NCBI GenBank assembly: GCA_965246715.1
Contig: CBDFFH010000055.1
Span: forward strand, 64,001-128,000
DNA from: Chamaesiphon sp.
GTDB lineage: Bacteria > Cyanobacteriota > Cyanobacteriia > Cyanobacteriales > Chamaesiphonaceae
Direction of reading: 5' to 3'
DNA: 64,000 nucleotides
The position numbers and the translations under genes are program-made. Position 1 is the first letter of the stretch. Each line of letters starts with the position of its first letter. The notes under the pieces are model-generated. The model saw nothing but the letters and a program-made list of their open reading frames with translations, did not search any database and had not been told where the DNA came from. Positions 32,877-42,472 of the stretch are shown in pieces.

Positions 32877-35390
32877 TTACAAAAAGTTCTGCGGATCGAC
32901 ATCGATCGTCAGCTTGACTACATTAGAACACTTATTTCGCAGAAATTCCCAATCGGGGAGGCAAACACTACCATTTGGGAGATATTTGAGCATGATTTGC
33001 CAGCGATAGCGATTATTTACCCGCATCACCGTCGCTGGTGCCGGGCCTAATACTTCATAATGTCCAGCAATTGCGGCATCATTGAGGACTTGAGCGATGT
33101 CCGCAACGGTTTGCTCGACGACAGCGGCATCGAGACTGCTAAATCTGAGCAAGATTAGCTTGCCATATGGTGGATAGTCTAACATCTGCCGTTCCGGCAA
33201 CTCAGCAGCGATGAATGCGTGGTAATCGTGCCGCGTCACGGCATGGAGAATGGGATGCTCGGGATTGTAAGTTTGAATGATGACCTTACCCGCTTCGTCA
33301 CCACGTCCGCAGCGTCCGGCTACCTGTGTGAGCGTTTGAAACGCGCGCTCGGCAGCTCGATAATCTGATAGATGTAACAAACCATCCGCAGCTACGACAC
33401 CAACGAGGGTGACTTGTGGCAAGTCCAATCCTTTAGTCAGCATTTGGGTACCGACGAGTAAATCCGCCTCGCCATTGACGAATTCAGTCAAAATCCGACG
33501 ATGTGCGCCTTTGGTACTAGTCGTATCGCTATCGAACCGGAGACAGCGTAATTGGGGAAACTGCCGATTTAACTCTTCGACGATTTTCTGAGTACCACTG
33601 CCAAAGTATTTAAAGTATGGTGAGTCGCACTCCGGACATCTAGGGGTTTGCGGCTGAGAGTGATTGCAGTAATGGCAGCGTAACAAGGCGCGATCGGATG
33701 TACTCGGTTGATGATATGCCAGCGATACATCGCAGTGAGGACACTCAGGCACATAACCACAACTGCGACAGGAGACGAAGGTACTATGTCCGCGTCGATG
33801 AATGAATAAAATCCCCTGCTGCTTCCGGGCTTGTAGTTGCTGCAATGCGCGATCGAGCGATCGACTGAAGATGCTACGATTGCCCTGCTGCAATTCTTGA
33901 CGCATATCCACGATCTCTACTGGGGGCAGGGGGCGGGAGTGGACGCGGGTGGGGAGCGGGAGGTAGTGGGCAGCGAACGGTTGACAGTTGACAGTTGACA
34001 GTGAATTTTGGATTGCAACCCAGGTTTCTAGTGCGGGAGTGGCGGAGCCGAGGATCAGGGGACAGGATTCTAGTTGGGCGCGCCAGGTGGCAATGTCGCG
34101 GGCATGATAGGTGGGTGCGGGTTGGTCTTGTTTGAAGCTGGAGTCGTGTTCTTCGTCGAGAATAATTATCCCTAGATTGGGTAATGGGGCAAAAATTGCC
34201 GATCGCGTACCGATGACAATTTGACTGGTTTCACCTAACATTCTGCGCCAGGTATCGTAGCGTTCTCCGTCGCTGAGGGCACTATGATAAACGGCGACTT
34301 TATCGCCAAATCTCGATCGAAATCTGTCGGTCAATTGTGGTGTCAATCCAATCTCCGGTACGAGTACTAATGCGGATTTTCCCTGAGCTAAAATCTGGTG
34401 AATTGCTTGTAAATAAACTTCCGTTTTACCGGAACCCGTCACCCCATGCAGTAAGACTTGGGCGAATCCAGATAATCGATCGATCGTCGCCAATGCCGCA
34501 GCTTGATCGTCAGTTAATTTCTTGGCTGGTTCTTGCTGAAATATCCCAAACTCTCGATCGGATCGCAGCTTTTCTTTATTAACGATCGCGATGTATCCTT
34601 TCTCTTCAATCTTTTTTAAAATACTACTACTTGCTTTACTTAACTCCAACAAATCTTTTTGCCACAATTCACCACCTTGTTGCTTTAAAATGCCAACAAC
34701 TTCTCGCTGCCGCTCGGTCAGATCGCTGGCGAAGACATCGGAGGTTAAGACGATCGCTTTTTGTAATTTTGGTTGTTGAGTTTGTCCCGACTCTAAATAA
34801 GATTCAACCAATTGCCGATCGAGGAGTTCGCGCAAACCCCTTCTGGCTCCGGACACCTGCTGCTGAAGATATTGCCAACTATAGTTACCATCGGCTTGAG
34901 ATTGCAATAAATCAAGAATTTTTCGAGCGATATCGCTCAATAAAATATTGGGATTTGTAATTTTAGAGACTACTCTAATTCGCCGATGCGATCGAGTTAA
35001 TAGTCCTGGGGGTAATGCGACCTTAATAACTTGAATCAGTGGGGTATAATAATATGCAGCAATTTGAGTCAACCATTGCCAATATTCTGACTTAAACAAT
35101 CCGGATGCCACGACATCATCGATATCCTTGATTCGATCTAGTGGAAAATCTATCGATGCCAGATCGACAAAGCGAATGGCAATCCCACCCACCACTTGTC
35201 CGCCCAATGGCACGCTTAAAATATCCCCAACACTGACGCTAAAATGTGCTGGGACATTATAAATGTACAGAGCTTGAATCCCCGGACAATCTACCAATAC
35301 CTCGATCGAACCATGCGCCTTGGTGCCAACAGCATATCCCGCGATCGGTTCGGCTACCATAGTTACAGGAGAGAGATCGATATTTGACAT
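32877..35390 (-). CDS. priA: Primosomal protein N'
   Basis: HGVTGSGKTEVY, LVPEIGLTPQ, ILDEEHD, four CxxC pairs, QVAGRCGR. Confidence 0.96.
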   Translation of the reverse strand: MSNIDLSPVTMVAEPIAGYAVGTKAHGSIEVLVDCPGIQALYIYNVPAHFSVSVGDILSVPLGGQVVGGIAIRFVDLASIDFPLDRIKDIDDVVASGLFKSEYWQWLTQIAAYYYTPLIQVIKVALPPGLLTRSHRRIRVVSKITNPNILLSDIARKILDLLQSQADGNYSWQYLQQQVSGARRGLRELLDRQLVESYLESGQTQQPKLQKAIVLTSDVFASDLTERQREVVGILKQQGGELWQKDLLELSKASSSILKKIEEKGYIAIVNKEKLRSDREFGIFQQEPAKKLTDDQAAALATIDRLSGFAQVLLHGVTGSGKTEVYLQAIHQILAQGKSALVLVPEIGLTPQLTDRFRSRFGDKVAVYHSALSDGERYDTWRRMLGETSQIVIGTRSAIFAPLPNLGIIILDEEHDSSFKQDQPAPTYHARDIATWRAQLESCPLILGSATPALETWVAIQNSLSTVNCQPFAAHYLPLPTRVHSRPLPPVEIVDMRQELQQGNRSIFSRSLDRALQQLQARKQQGILFIHRRGHSTFVSCRSCGYVPECPHCDVSLAYHQPSTSDRALLRCHYCNHSQPQTPRCPECDSPYFKYFGSGTQKIVEELNRQFPQLRCLRFDSDTTSTKGAHRRILTEFVNGEADLLVGTQMLTKGLDLPQVTLVGVVAADGLLHLSDYRAAERAFQTLTQVAGRCGRGDEAGKVIIQTYNPEHPILHAVTRHDYHAFIAAELPERQMLDYPPYGKLILLRFSSLDAAVVEQTVADIAQVLNDAAIAGHYEVLGPAPATVMRVNNRYRWQIMLKYLPNGSVCLPDWEFLRNKCSNVVKLTIDVDPQNFL

Positions 35391-35477
35391 TGAGTTAGAT
35401 AAATTATTAAGTTAAAAGATTCCTAAATTCAACTAGCTAAGCTCGCCCATAAATTCAGCACTCATAACCCATAATTT

Positions 35478-36353
35478 ATGAAGCATTTATTACTAACTAG
35501 ATTCCAAGGTGCATTAATCGGCGCTCAGACTATTTACCTGACTCCACAGCAGCTCGCGCCAAATCAACTGGCGATCGCAACTCAGCCCGCACTCAGCGGT
35601 GGCATCGATAGTCTGATACGGTGTGGAAGATTCGATCTGCAAGATTGGCTACAAAATACTTTGACCTCAACTGCCGATCCGCGTCAGGCGATCGTGGCAA
35701 TGCTACCATTAATGTTATTTTTTCACGACGATCGCGTCAAGTTACGCGAAGCATTGGTTAACGTCAGTCATAGTTGGCAACTCAATTGGGAAACTTGCTC
35801 TAGTGCAGTTGTACTCGGATATATTATATCGCGATCGCTCACAGAATCATTAACGCCCAGCACGGTTATCGCCCAATTACTGGATGAGACGAGCAATCTG
35901 CATCCACTGATCTTTCAAGAACTCGGCACGATCGATCGCTTGCTAGAACAGTCTAGCAGTTTGCATCAAGTCACCGAAAAACTCATCGCCAGCGAGCATC
36001 CCATTATTACGCCTACAGTGTTGGCAATTTATTTTCTGCTTGCCACCCCTGAAGACTTTGGCTTGGCGATGCTGCGCGCTCGTCGCAGTGAGTGTGATGT
36101 GAGATTTACCTGTGCCCTAACGGGCATTCTTGCTGGCGCTTATAACAGTCTCACTGGTATACCGATAAATGGCGTTATCGCTACTCAAGCATCAGCACAG
36201 TGGATGTCCAGCGCGGAAGGCTTACTTGCTTCATGGGCGGGAATCGATCTCGAACATAGTGCTGCTGCTGTCGGTTTGTTACCCACTAGCAGTCAACCTG
36301 TGATGACTTATGCTTTACCCGTCGCGTCCCCACAAGTAATCCAACGCAGATAG
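35478..36353 (+). CDS. ADP-ribosylglycohydrolase-fold protein (degenerate)
   Basis: RFQGALIG start and ALTGILAGAY..GIP C-terminal motif; acidic catalytic motifs not evident. Confidence 0.6.
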   Translation: MKHLLLTRFQGALIGAQTIYLTPQQLAPNQLAIATQPALSGGIDSLIRCGRFDLQDWLQNTLTSTADPRQAIVAMLPLMLFFHDDRVKLREALVNVSHSWQLNWETCSSAVVLGYIISRSLTESLTPSTVIAQLLDETSNLHPLIFQELGTIDRLLEQSSSLHQVTEKLIASEHPIITPTVLAIYFLLATPEDFGLAMLRARRSECDVRFTCALTGILAGAYNSLTGIPINGVIATQASAQWMSSAEGLLASWAGIDLEHSAAAVGLLPTSSQPVMTYALPVASPQVIQRR

Positions 36354-36728
36354 TTAAGGATGACCCAAAATGGCATTTTAGTTTATGTTGGGTGGATTGT
36401 AACAATAGCAGACGATCTACCGATCGCTTCTAGAACTCATTCGTATTAAATAAGAACGAAATACTTTTCAGTTATTTACTTGGCATAAATATTGAAAAGA
36501 CAAATATTATTTTCTCTTGTCGATTTTATTAAATTCTGTAATTTAAAATGTTGTGAAGGTAGCATTACTAATTTACCGTACCTGTAAAAATAGCTAATCG
36601 ATCGAACATCAGCACAAACTATTTGCAAAAAAATGTACGATAATTGTTAATCTAAACAGTCTCTGAAATCGCGATCCCATTCCTAGACTCCAGTTCGCCT
36701 ACTCCAGCAACCACCACCTTTCTAAATC

Positions 36729-37802
36729 ATGTCTGTCAGCACTCCAGCAACCACCACCGAAACCACTCACACCACTGCACCATTACTGGGGATGAGTCTG
36801 ACAGACTTGACTACCTGGGTGCAGGAGCAGGGGCAACCAGCCTATCGCGGCAAACAACTATATCAATGGATTTATCAACAGGGAGCCAAATCCCTGGCGG
36901 ATATCACCGTATTTTCCAAACAATGGCGGGAATCAGTTAAGGATACACCGATCGGTCGATCGACAATCCATCATCGCGCCGTCTCTAGCGATGGAGCGAT
37001 TAAATATCTGCTGCAACTCCAAGATGGGCAAATCGTCGAAGCCGTCGGGATTCCCTCCGCCAAACGCTTGACTGTATGCGTATCTTCCCAGGTTGGTTGC
37101 GCGATGGCTTGTACTTTTTGTGCGACGGGAAAAGGTGGATTTACGCGCCATCTTCAGCCGCATGAAATTATCGATCAAGTGTTGACAGTTCAAGCAGATT
37201 TCCAAGAGCGTGTCAGTCATGTCGTATTTATGGGGATGGGCGAACCATTAGCCAATTTGCACAATGTCGTAACTGCTGTTAAATGTTTGAATAAGGATGT
37301 CGGAATTTCGCAGCGATCGATTACCGTCTCGACAGTGGGGATTCCTGGCAAAATTCACGAACTCGCTCAACACGAACTTCAAGTTACCCTAGCGGTAAGC
37401 TTACACGCACCCAATCAAAAACTGCGGACTACCTTAGTCCCGACAGCAGAGAATTATCCGATCGAAGATTTGCTCGATGAATGTCGGGATTATGTCCAGA
37501 TTACGGGGCGACGGCTGAGTATCGAGTATATTTTGTTAGCTCAAATTAATGACTACAATCACCATGCGATCGAACTTGCTTCCAGGTTGCGCGGTTTCCA
37601 AACCCATGTCAATCTAATTCCGTATAACCCGATCGATGATGCCGATTACGATCGTCCTACACCCAAAGATATCAAAGCTTTTGTCGATGCTCTAGAACAA
37701 CGCCATATTGCCGTCAGCGTGCGTTATTCTAAGGGTTTGGGTGCAAACGCTGCCTGTGGACAATTGCGTAGCAACAAACGCGAGCGAGCCATCGCTGAAT
37801 AA
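36729..37802 (+). CDS. rlmN: 23S rRNA m2A2503/tRNA methyltransferase RlmN
   Basis: [42 protein letters not shown]. Confidence 0.96.
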   Translation: MSVSTPATTTETTHTTAPLLGMSLTDLTTWVQEQGQPAYRGKQLYQWIYQQGAKSLADITVFSKQWRESVKDTPIGRSTIHHRAVSSDGAIKYLLQLQDGQIVEAVGIPSAKRLTVCVSSQVGCAMACTFCATGKGGFTRHLQPHEIIDQVLTVQADFQERVSHVVFMGMGEPLANLHNVVTAVKCLNKDVGISQRSITVSTVGIPGKIHELAQHELQVTLAVSLHAPNQKLRTTLVPTAENYPIEDLLDECRDYVQITGRRLSIEYILLAQINDYNHHAIELASRLRGFQTHVNLIPYNPIDDADYDRPTPKDIKAFVDALEQRHIAVSVRYSKGLGANAACGQLRSNKRERAIAE

Positions 37803-37911
37803 AGAGGGTTTCCCGACGCGAAAAGCAAGACAGGGGGAAAGGGTAACAAAGCACGATCTATCTAGATTCAATTACACTATTTTCCCCAAAATAGCTGAAG
37901 AGCCAAATATT

Positions 37912-38397
37912 ATGAGCAAACATCTTCTCATCTTATCGATAATCGGGCTGACGATCGGGAATATAACAGCCTGTAATGTTGCTAAAAATTCACCTACAAC
38001 CCAACCATCAATTCCAGTTGCCACATCCCCACCGCCGCCAAATTCACAACCTAATTTGAGCAAACTGTTCGATAAAGCTTGGCGAGTGACAACGGCACCG
38101 ACACCACCTGCCAAAGGCAGCATCTATGTGTTCTTGTCAAATGGGATCTTACTAGAAACTTCATGCGTTGAAACTTACCGACTTGCGACTTGGACGATGG
38201 CCAAAACCGCTCCTAAGATTTTGCGTGTCGTTGAAGATGGACGATTGGTTTACACAGCCAAGATTGTTAAGTTGACAGATACTAACCTGCAACTCGATCG
38301 AACATTAGTGCCGACAAAGAAAATAGAATCGATTGTCATGACAGCCATTCATCAAGAATTTACTTGTCCAGATCTACCTAAAAAATCAGCACTCTGA
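37912..38397 (+). CDS. Hypothetical lipoprotein
   Basis: ATG 37912; signal MSKHLLILSIIGLTIGN followed by lipobox-like ITAC and a Pro-rich linker. Confidence 0.65.
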   Translation: MSKHLLILSIIGLTIGNITACNVAKNSPTTQPSIPVATSPPPPNSQPNLSKLFDKAWRVTTAPTPPAKGSIYVFLSNGILLETSCVETYRLATWTMAKTAPKILRVVEDGRLVYTAKIVKLTDTNLQLDRTLVPTKKIESIVMTAIHQEFTCPDLPKKSAL

Positions 38398-38523
38398 CGC
38401 TATGGAGTACAGCCTACCATAATTGGTTGACTCTACTCCATTTTCCTCCCATTTCTCGATCGCTTTCTCCTCTAATGGCTAAAGTCGAGTCCAAGAAGTC
38501 GGGGATCTTTTGCTTGAGAGATT

Positions 38524-39618
38524 TTAGGATTTCATCGCTAATTGTTCGCCTAATAATTGCTCGATCGAGTGTAATAATTCTACCTGTCTCCAGTTCCGAT
38601 ACAAGCTAGCCGCGATTGCTGCACCGCCAGCTCCTACTCCCTCTTTCACGAAACCCTCTTCATAAACTTGAAGCTGGGAATATTGAGAACTTGCAAAACT
38701 TAGATTAGTGGAAATTAGTGGAATGTGGGGAATTAATTTAGCCAGCGCGATGGTATCTCCAGATCGATCGGTTGCCACCCAAGCAGTGGTGCCGACGACG
38801 ATCTGAGCTGTGTCGATCTCTAGATTGAAGTTCAACCCGATCGCCTTAATTAAAGCCGCTACAGCTAACATTTGCGTCCCGCCAGCGAGTAATACCCCAC
38901 AGGTTCGACTAGCGGCAATTGCCATTCCCGCGACGACAATCTGCATCGGATCGCCGATCGCTGCTACCAATTCTAGGGGCGATCGCGGTAAACTCAAACG
39001 GGCTAATCCTTGCTGGACGATCTCCCATTTTTGGTGGTGATTGCAAATCGGATGACTGCTATTGACTTTATCGATCGCATCGATCCCTAAACCAGATAAT
39101 AAACTTAGGGCTGTAGTCGTTCCTCCCACTACACACTCACCAAGAATCACATAACCATCGCCAGCACTAGTTGCTAGTTTTTCGCCCCATTGCAAGCCCT
39201 GGTGATAGAGATGAGTAACCACCTCGAGGGTTAAAGCCGCACCTGTCGTCAAACAAGCTGCTGGCATCCCACCTAAATCGACATGGGGGATCGTTGGCGG
39301 TGTCGGTAAACCAGCATTGAAGATAGACAATGGCAAATCTAACGCAGCGACAATCGCCCGAGAAATATATACTGGCGATGCGCCAGCAATCAATGGGGGT
39401 AGCGGATTTGAGGGGTTCGCACAGACACCGTTAGCTAAAAATTCAGCATCCGCGATCGCGGTATACTTGCGATCTTCTGGTGTTTTCCCCGCTGCGGAAA
39501 TCCCTGGAATCAGACAAGTATCGGTAAACCCCAAAACACAAGCAAATACTGGTAATTTTCCTCGATACCGCTCCAACCACTGTCGAGCCTGTAATGGTTG
39601 AGTGTGGATCTGGATCAT
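38524..39618 (-). CDS. cobT: Nicotinate-nucleotide-dependent phosphoribosyltransferase CobT (cyanobacterial/archaeal type)
   Basis: PGISAAG, TAIADAE, ECVVGGTTTA, LAGGTQM, YEEGFVKEGVGAGG. Confidence 0.88.
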   Translation of the reverse strand: MIQIHTQPLQARQWLERYRGKLPVFACVLGFTDTCLIPGISAAGKTPEDRKYTAIADAEFLANGVCANPSNPLPPLIAGASPVYISRAIVAALDLPLSIFNAGLPTPPTIPHVDLGGMPAACLTTGAALTLEVVTHLYHQGLQWGEKLATSAGDGYVILGECVVGGTTTALSLLSGLGIDAIDKVNSSHPICNHHQKWEIVQQGLARLSLPRSPLELVAAIGDPMQIVVAGMAIAASRTCGVLLAGGTQMLAVAALIKAIGLNFNLEIDTAQIVVGTTAWVATDRSGDTIALAKLIPHIPLISTNLSFASSQYSQLQVYEEGFVKEGVGAGGAAIAASLYRNWRQVELLHSIEQLLGEQLAMKS

Positions 39619-39702
39619 TGGTTATTGGCGATCGATAGGACATATATTATATTATCGATCGCGATAATCGCTCGCCCCGATCGATCGTAATTACCAGATA
39701 TT

Positions 39703-39765
39703 GTAGGGGCTGGTTGATGCTATTAATTCACACTTTTACTCAAACAGATCGAAACCCGCCCTAAC
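39703..39765. repeat. REP-like element GTAGGGGC..TT / AAACCCGCCC (copy 1)
   Basis: GTAGGGGCTGGTT ... AAACCCGCCCTAAC. Confidence 0.55.
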
Positions 39766-39768
39766 CCC

Positions 39769-40464
39769 CTATTCGACAATTTGCTCGTCTAATGCCTTCC
39801 TCGCGATCCGAGTAACGTAGAGTGTCACCACAATAGTTGCCAGCAATCCGATCGCCCGTACCGTCCATTGTAAAATTGGATCGTTAGGCTGAGATTTAGT
39901 ACCGATTAGGGCAATGTCGCCAACTAAAGAACCGATATAGACATATAGAATCGTACCCGGAATCATCCCGACAGAACCGAAGATATAATCCCTAATCGAT
40001 ACACCAGTGATGCCAAAAGCGTAGTTTAATAAGTTGAACGGAAATAACGGCGATAATCGAGTCAGTAAGACAATTTTCCATCCCTCTTTAGCTACAGCAG
40101 ATTCGATCGCTTTAAATTTAGGATATTTTTGTAATTGTTGACTTACCCAATCGCGTGAGAGATATCGCCCGATTAGGAATGCCAGCGTCGCGCCCAAGGT
40201 TGCCGCAATGAGAACATAGACAGAACCCCAAACTACCCCAAAGATAACACCACCACCGATCGTCAAAATCGATCCTGGTATCAACAAAACTGTTGCTAAA
40301 TTATAAATACCGATAAAAGCGATCGGCGCTAAATAACCGAGAGTTTTTACCCACAGCAAGGCTGAATATAAAAGCTGTTGAAGATTGAAGTAATAAGCTA
40401 CAGCGACTGTGGCGATCGCCAGACAAATAATTAGTAATATTTTAAAGGTTGAGTTAAAGCTCAT
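39769..40464 (-). CDS. TVP38/TMEM64 (DedA/VTT) membrane protein
   Basis: PGSILT.GGG..FG, LAFLIGRY, LTRLSPLFPFNLLNYAFG, GMIPGT..YVYIG. Confidence 0.9.
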   Translation of the reverse strand: MSFNSTFKILLIICLAIATVAVAYYFNLQQLLYSALLWVKTLGYLAPIAFIGIYNLATVLLIPGSILTIGGGVIFGVVWGSVYVLIAATLGATLAFLIGRYLSRDWVSQQLQKYPKFKAIESAVAKEGWKIVLLTRLSPLFPFNLLNYAFGITGVSIRDYIFGSVGMIPGTILYVYIGSLVGDIALIGTKSQPNDPILQWTVRAIGLLATIVVTLYVTRIARKALDEQIVE

Positions 40465-40573
40465 TGATAGCTACTTGAAGAGATTATTTATTTTAACTCT
40501 TATAGATATGCATAGTTGCAATCTCAATTCTAGATATCGATTTGTCAAGTGAGATATAAATCATCCAAGATCT

Positions 40574-40636
40574 GTAGGAGCGGGTTTATGCGAGCGATAT
40601 CGATCGTGCTAAATATTTTATTAAAATCCGCCCTCC
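40574..40636. repeat. REP-like element (copy 2)
   Basis: GTAGGAGCGGGTTT ... AAATCCGCCCTCC. Confidence 0.55.
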
Positions 40637-40951
40637 CCCACAAATAACTATTCTCATCCCATTCTGATTTTTCCTTGGTAGAAATTGCTTTTACCATCTC
40701 TTCCCCAATTTCAATTGCAAATCCTAGCTTTGCACTACACTATCCCAATATCCTGATAAAAATTATAATATGCCTACCTTTTCATCAACACTATAAGTCT
40801 GGTAGTGTAAATAGATATATGAATCATCACAGCCTCCTGCTCTCGATCTAATCCAGAAGTCCGAAAAAGCTAAAGCCCAAGCGGAAGAAGAGCAAAAAAA
40901 GAAACCAGGAGGGCTACCTTAAAACATCTTCAGATTCACTCGATCGCGGCT

Positions 40952-41992
40952 ATGCAGAAATACCTGCTCCCATTAATTTTACTAGCTATTCCAGTCGGTA
41001 ACTGTTTGCCTCTCAATGCAGTACCGATCGCTTCAAATCGGATTGCCAGTCAAGAGTGGGGGAAAACAATCGCCACTATTCAAGGCAAAGATTTAGTACA
41101 TCCTACTTTGTCACCCGATGGGAAATTTCTGGCCTATTCGGAAGTAATCGTAGCAAACAAGCGGGAAAATACTGCGGTACGCATCCTCAATTTAGCAACC
41201 AAGCAGAGTTTCTTGTTAATCAGTCCCCAGGTAGCTGCTAAATACCGAACCTATAGTTCCTTCGTTAGCAGCATGAATTGGCATCGATCCGATCGACTGG
41301 AGGTTACAATCGGTGATGGAGATGTGGGTAGTTCGATGCTCACTTTCGATCCCTTTGGAAAAAAACTTTTGTCCGTTCGCCACGAAGAAGGGCCGGAATT
41401 AAGTCCCGCCGATGAACGGCTTCGCAACAAAATTCTCGATCGTTTTCCCAAAATTAAATCGAAAAATCTCACAGAAATCATCCTGCTCCGCCAGCGAGTG
41501 GAAACTCCCACCGCAGTTGTGCTAAAGGGGAAAATCTTCGATCTAGAGCACAATTTGTGGTCGATTAACTTCCAAGATCGTAAGATCGTGCGTCTGTTCG
41601 AGGCTACCGATCCTCTGGCAAAGGCTAAAATAGAGAGCGCTAAAGTCTCTAGTAATGGATCTATTTTCCTGGTTCTAGTCACTAACGACGATCGCAAGTT
41701 TTTGGTGACTTACCAGCATGGACAGATCGAAAACCGACAGCTTTTGACCCAAGTGAAAGGGCGCACTAAAATCATCCATGCTACCAATAATAGGGTCTGG
41801 ATTATGACCTACGTGTACGATACCTACGAGCAAGGCAACAATCCCCTCTATCTCTGGGAAAACGGCAAACTGCCGAAATCTATGGACTACGAACAACTCT
41901 ACGATGCTCAGGTAAATAGCCAGGGAACGCGGATTGCCTATTGTTACTGGAGCCGTGGCAAACGTCAGATTGCAGTTAAGGAGCTAGTTTAG
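40952..41992 (+). CDS. Secreted hypothetical protein, possible TolB-like beta-propeller
   Basis: Signal peptide; PTLSPDGKFLAYS and VNSQGTRIAY motifs. Confidence 0.6.
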   Translation: MQKYLLPLILLAIPVGNCLPLNAVPIASNRIASQEWGKTIATIQGKDLVHPTLSPDGKFLAYSEVIVANKRENTAVRILNLATKQSFLLISPQVAAKYRTYSSFVSSMNWHRSDRLEVTIGDGDVGSSMLTFDPFGKKLLSVRHEEGPELSPADERLRNKILDRFPKIKSKNLTEIILLRQRVETPTAVVLKGKIFDLEHNLWSINFQDRKIVRLFEATDPLAKAKIESAKVSSNGSIFLVLVTNDDRKFLVTYQHGQIENRQLLTQVKGRTKIIHATNNRVWIMTYVYDTYEQGNNPLYLWENGKLPKSMDYEQLYDAQVNSQGTRIAYCYWSRGKRQIAVKELV

Positions 41993-42013
41993 TCACTCAT
42001 TAGCTTAAATCGT

Positions 42014-42037
42014 CAATCCCCAATCCCCAATCCCAAT
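42014..42037. repeat. STRR-like CCCCAAT tandem repeat
   Basis: CAATCCCCAATCCCCAATCCCAAT. Confidence 0.6.
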
Positions 42038-42314
42038 GTCCCCCACCGCTACCCTACTATTTTCTTAACAAGCAGGTGAATTTTTAGCAGAGATCCCATT
42101 AATTATCAGCAACCATCCCGACCTCGAACCGATCGCCCAGCAATTTGGTATCGATTATCATTACTTACCAATTACTAAAGATAACAGACAGGAACAGCAA
42201 GAAAAACAATTACAATTGCTGCAATCATATCAGATAGATTTAGTAATTCTGGCTAAATATATGCAAATTATCAGCTCAGAATTTATCGATCGCTTTTCTA
42301 TGGTGTTTGAGTAG
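42036..42314 (+). pseudogene. purU: Formyltetrahydrofolate deformylase remnant
   Basis: MSPTATLLFS*QAGEFLAEIPLIISNHPDL..FGIDYHYLPITKDNR..DLVILAKYMQIIS..F: PurU N-terminus joined to a mid-protein segment, with an in-frame stop and no C-terminus. Confidence 0.8.
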
Positions 42315-42344
42315 GGGATATAGGATAAAGCGATCGTCTCTGGA

Positions 42345-42410
42345 GGAGGGTGGGCTTTGATTTAGATTGTTGTATTTTAGTTAGAATAGATAGCATAAAC
42401 CCGCCCCTAA
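42345..42410. repeat. REP-like element (copy 3, degenerate)
   Basis: GGAGGGTGGGCTTT ... AAACCCGCCCCTAA. Confidence 0.5.
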
Positions 42411-42472
42411 AGGTGGCTTGTGTGTTTTCGATCGATCTCAAGCATTAGATTCGATCTATGCGTATTATCTAT

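Noticed and set aside
37708..37911. Longer start for the lipoprotein overlapping rlmN
   Set aside because: Signal peptide and lipobox begin at ATG 37912.
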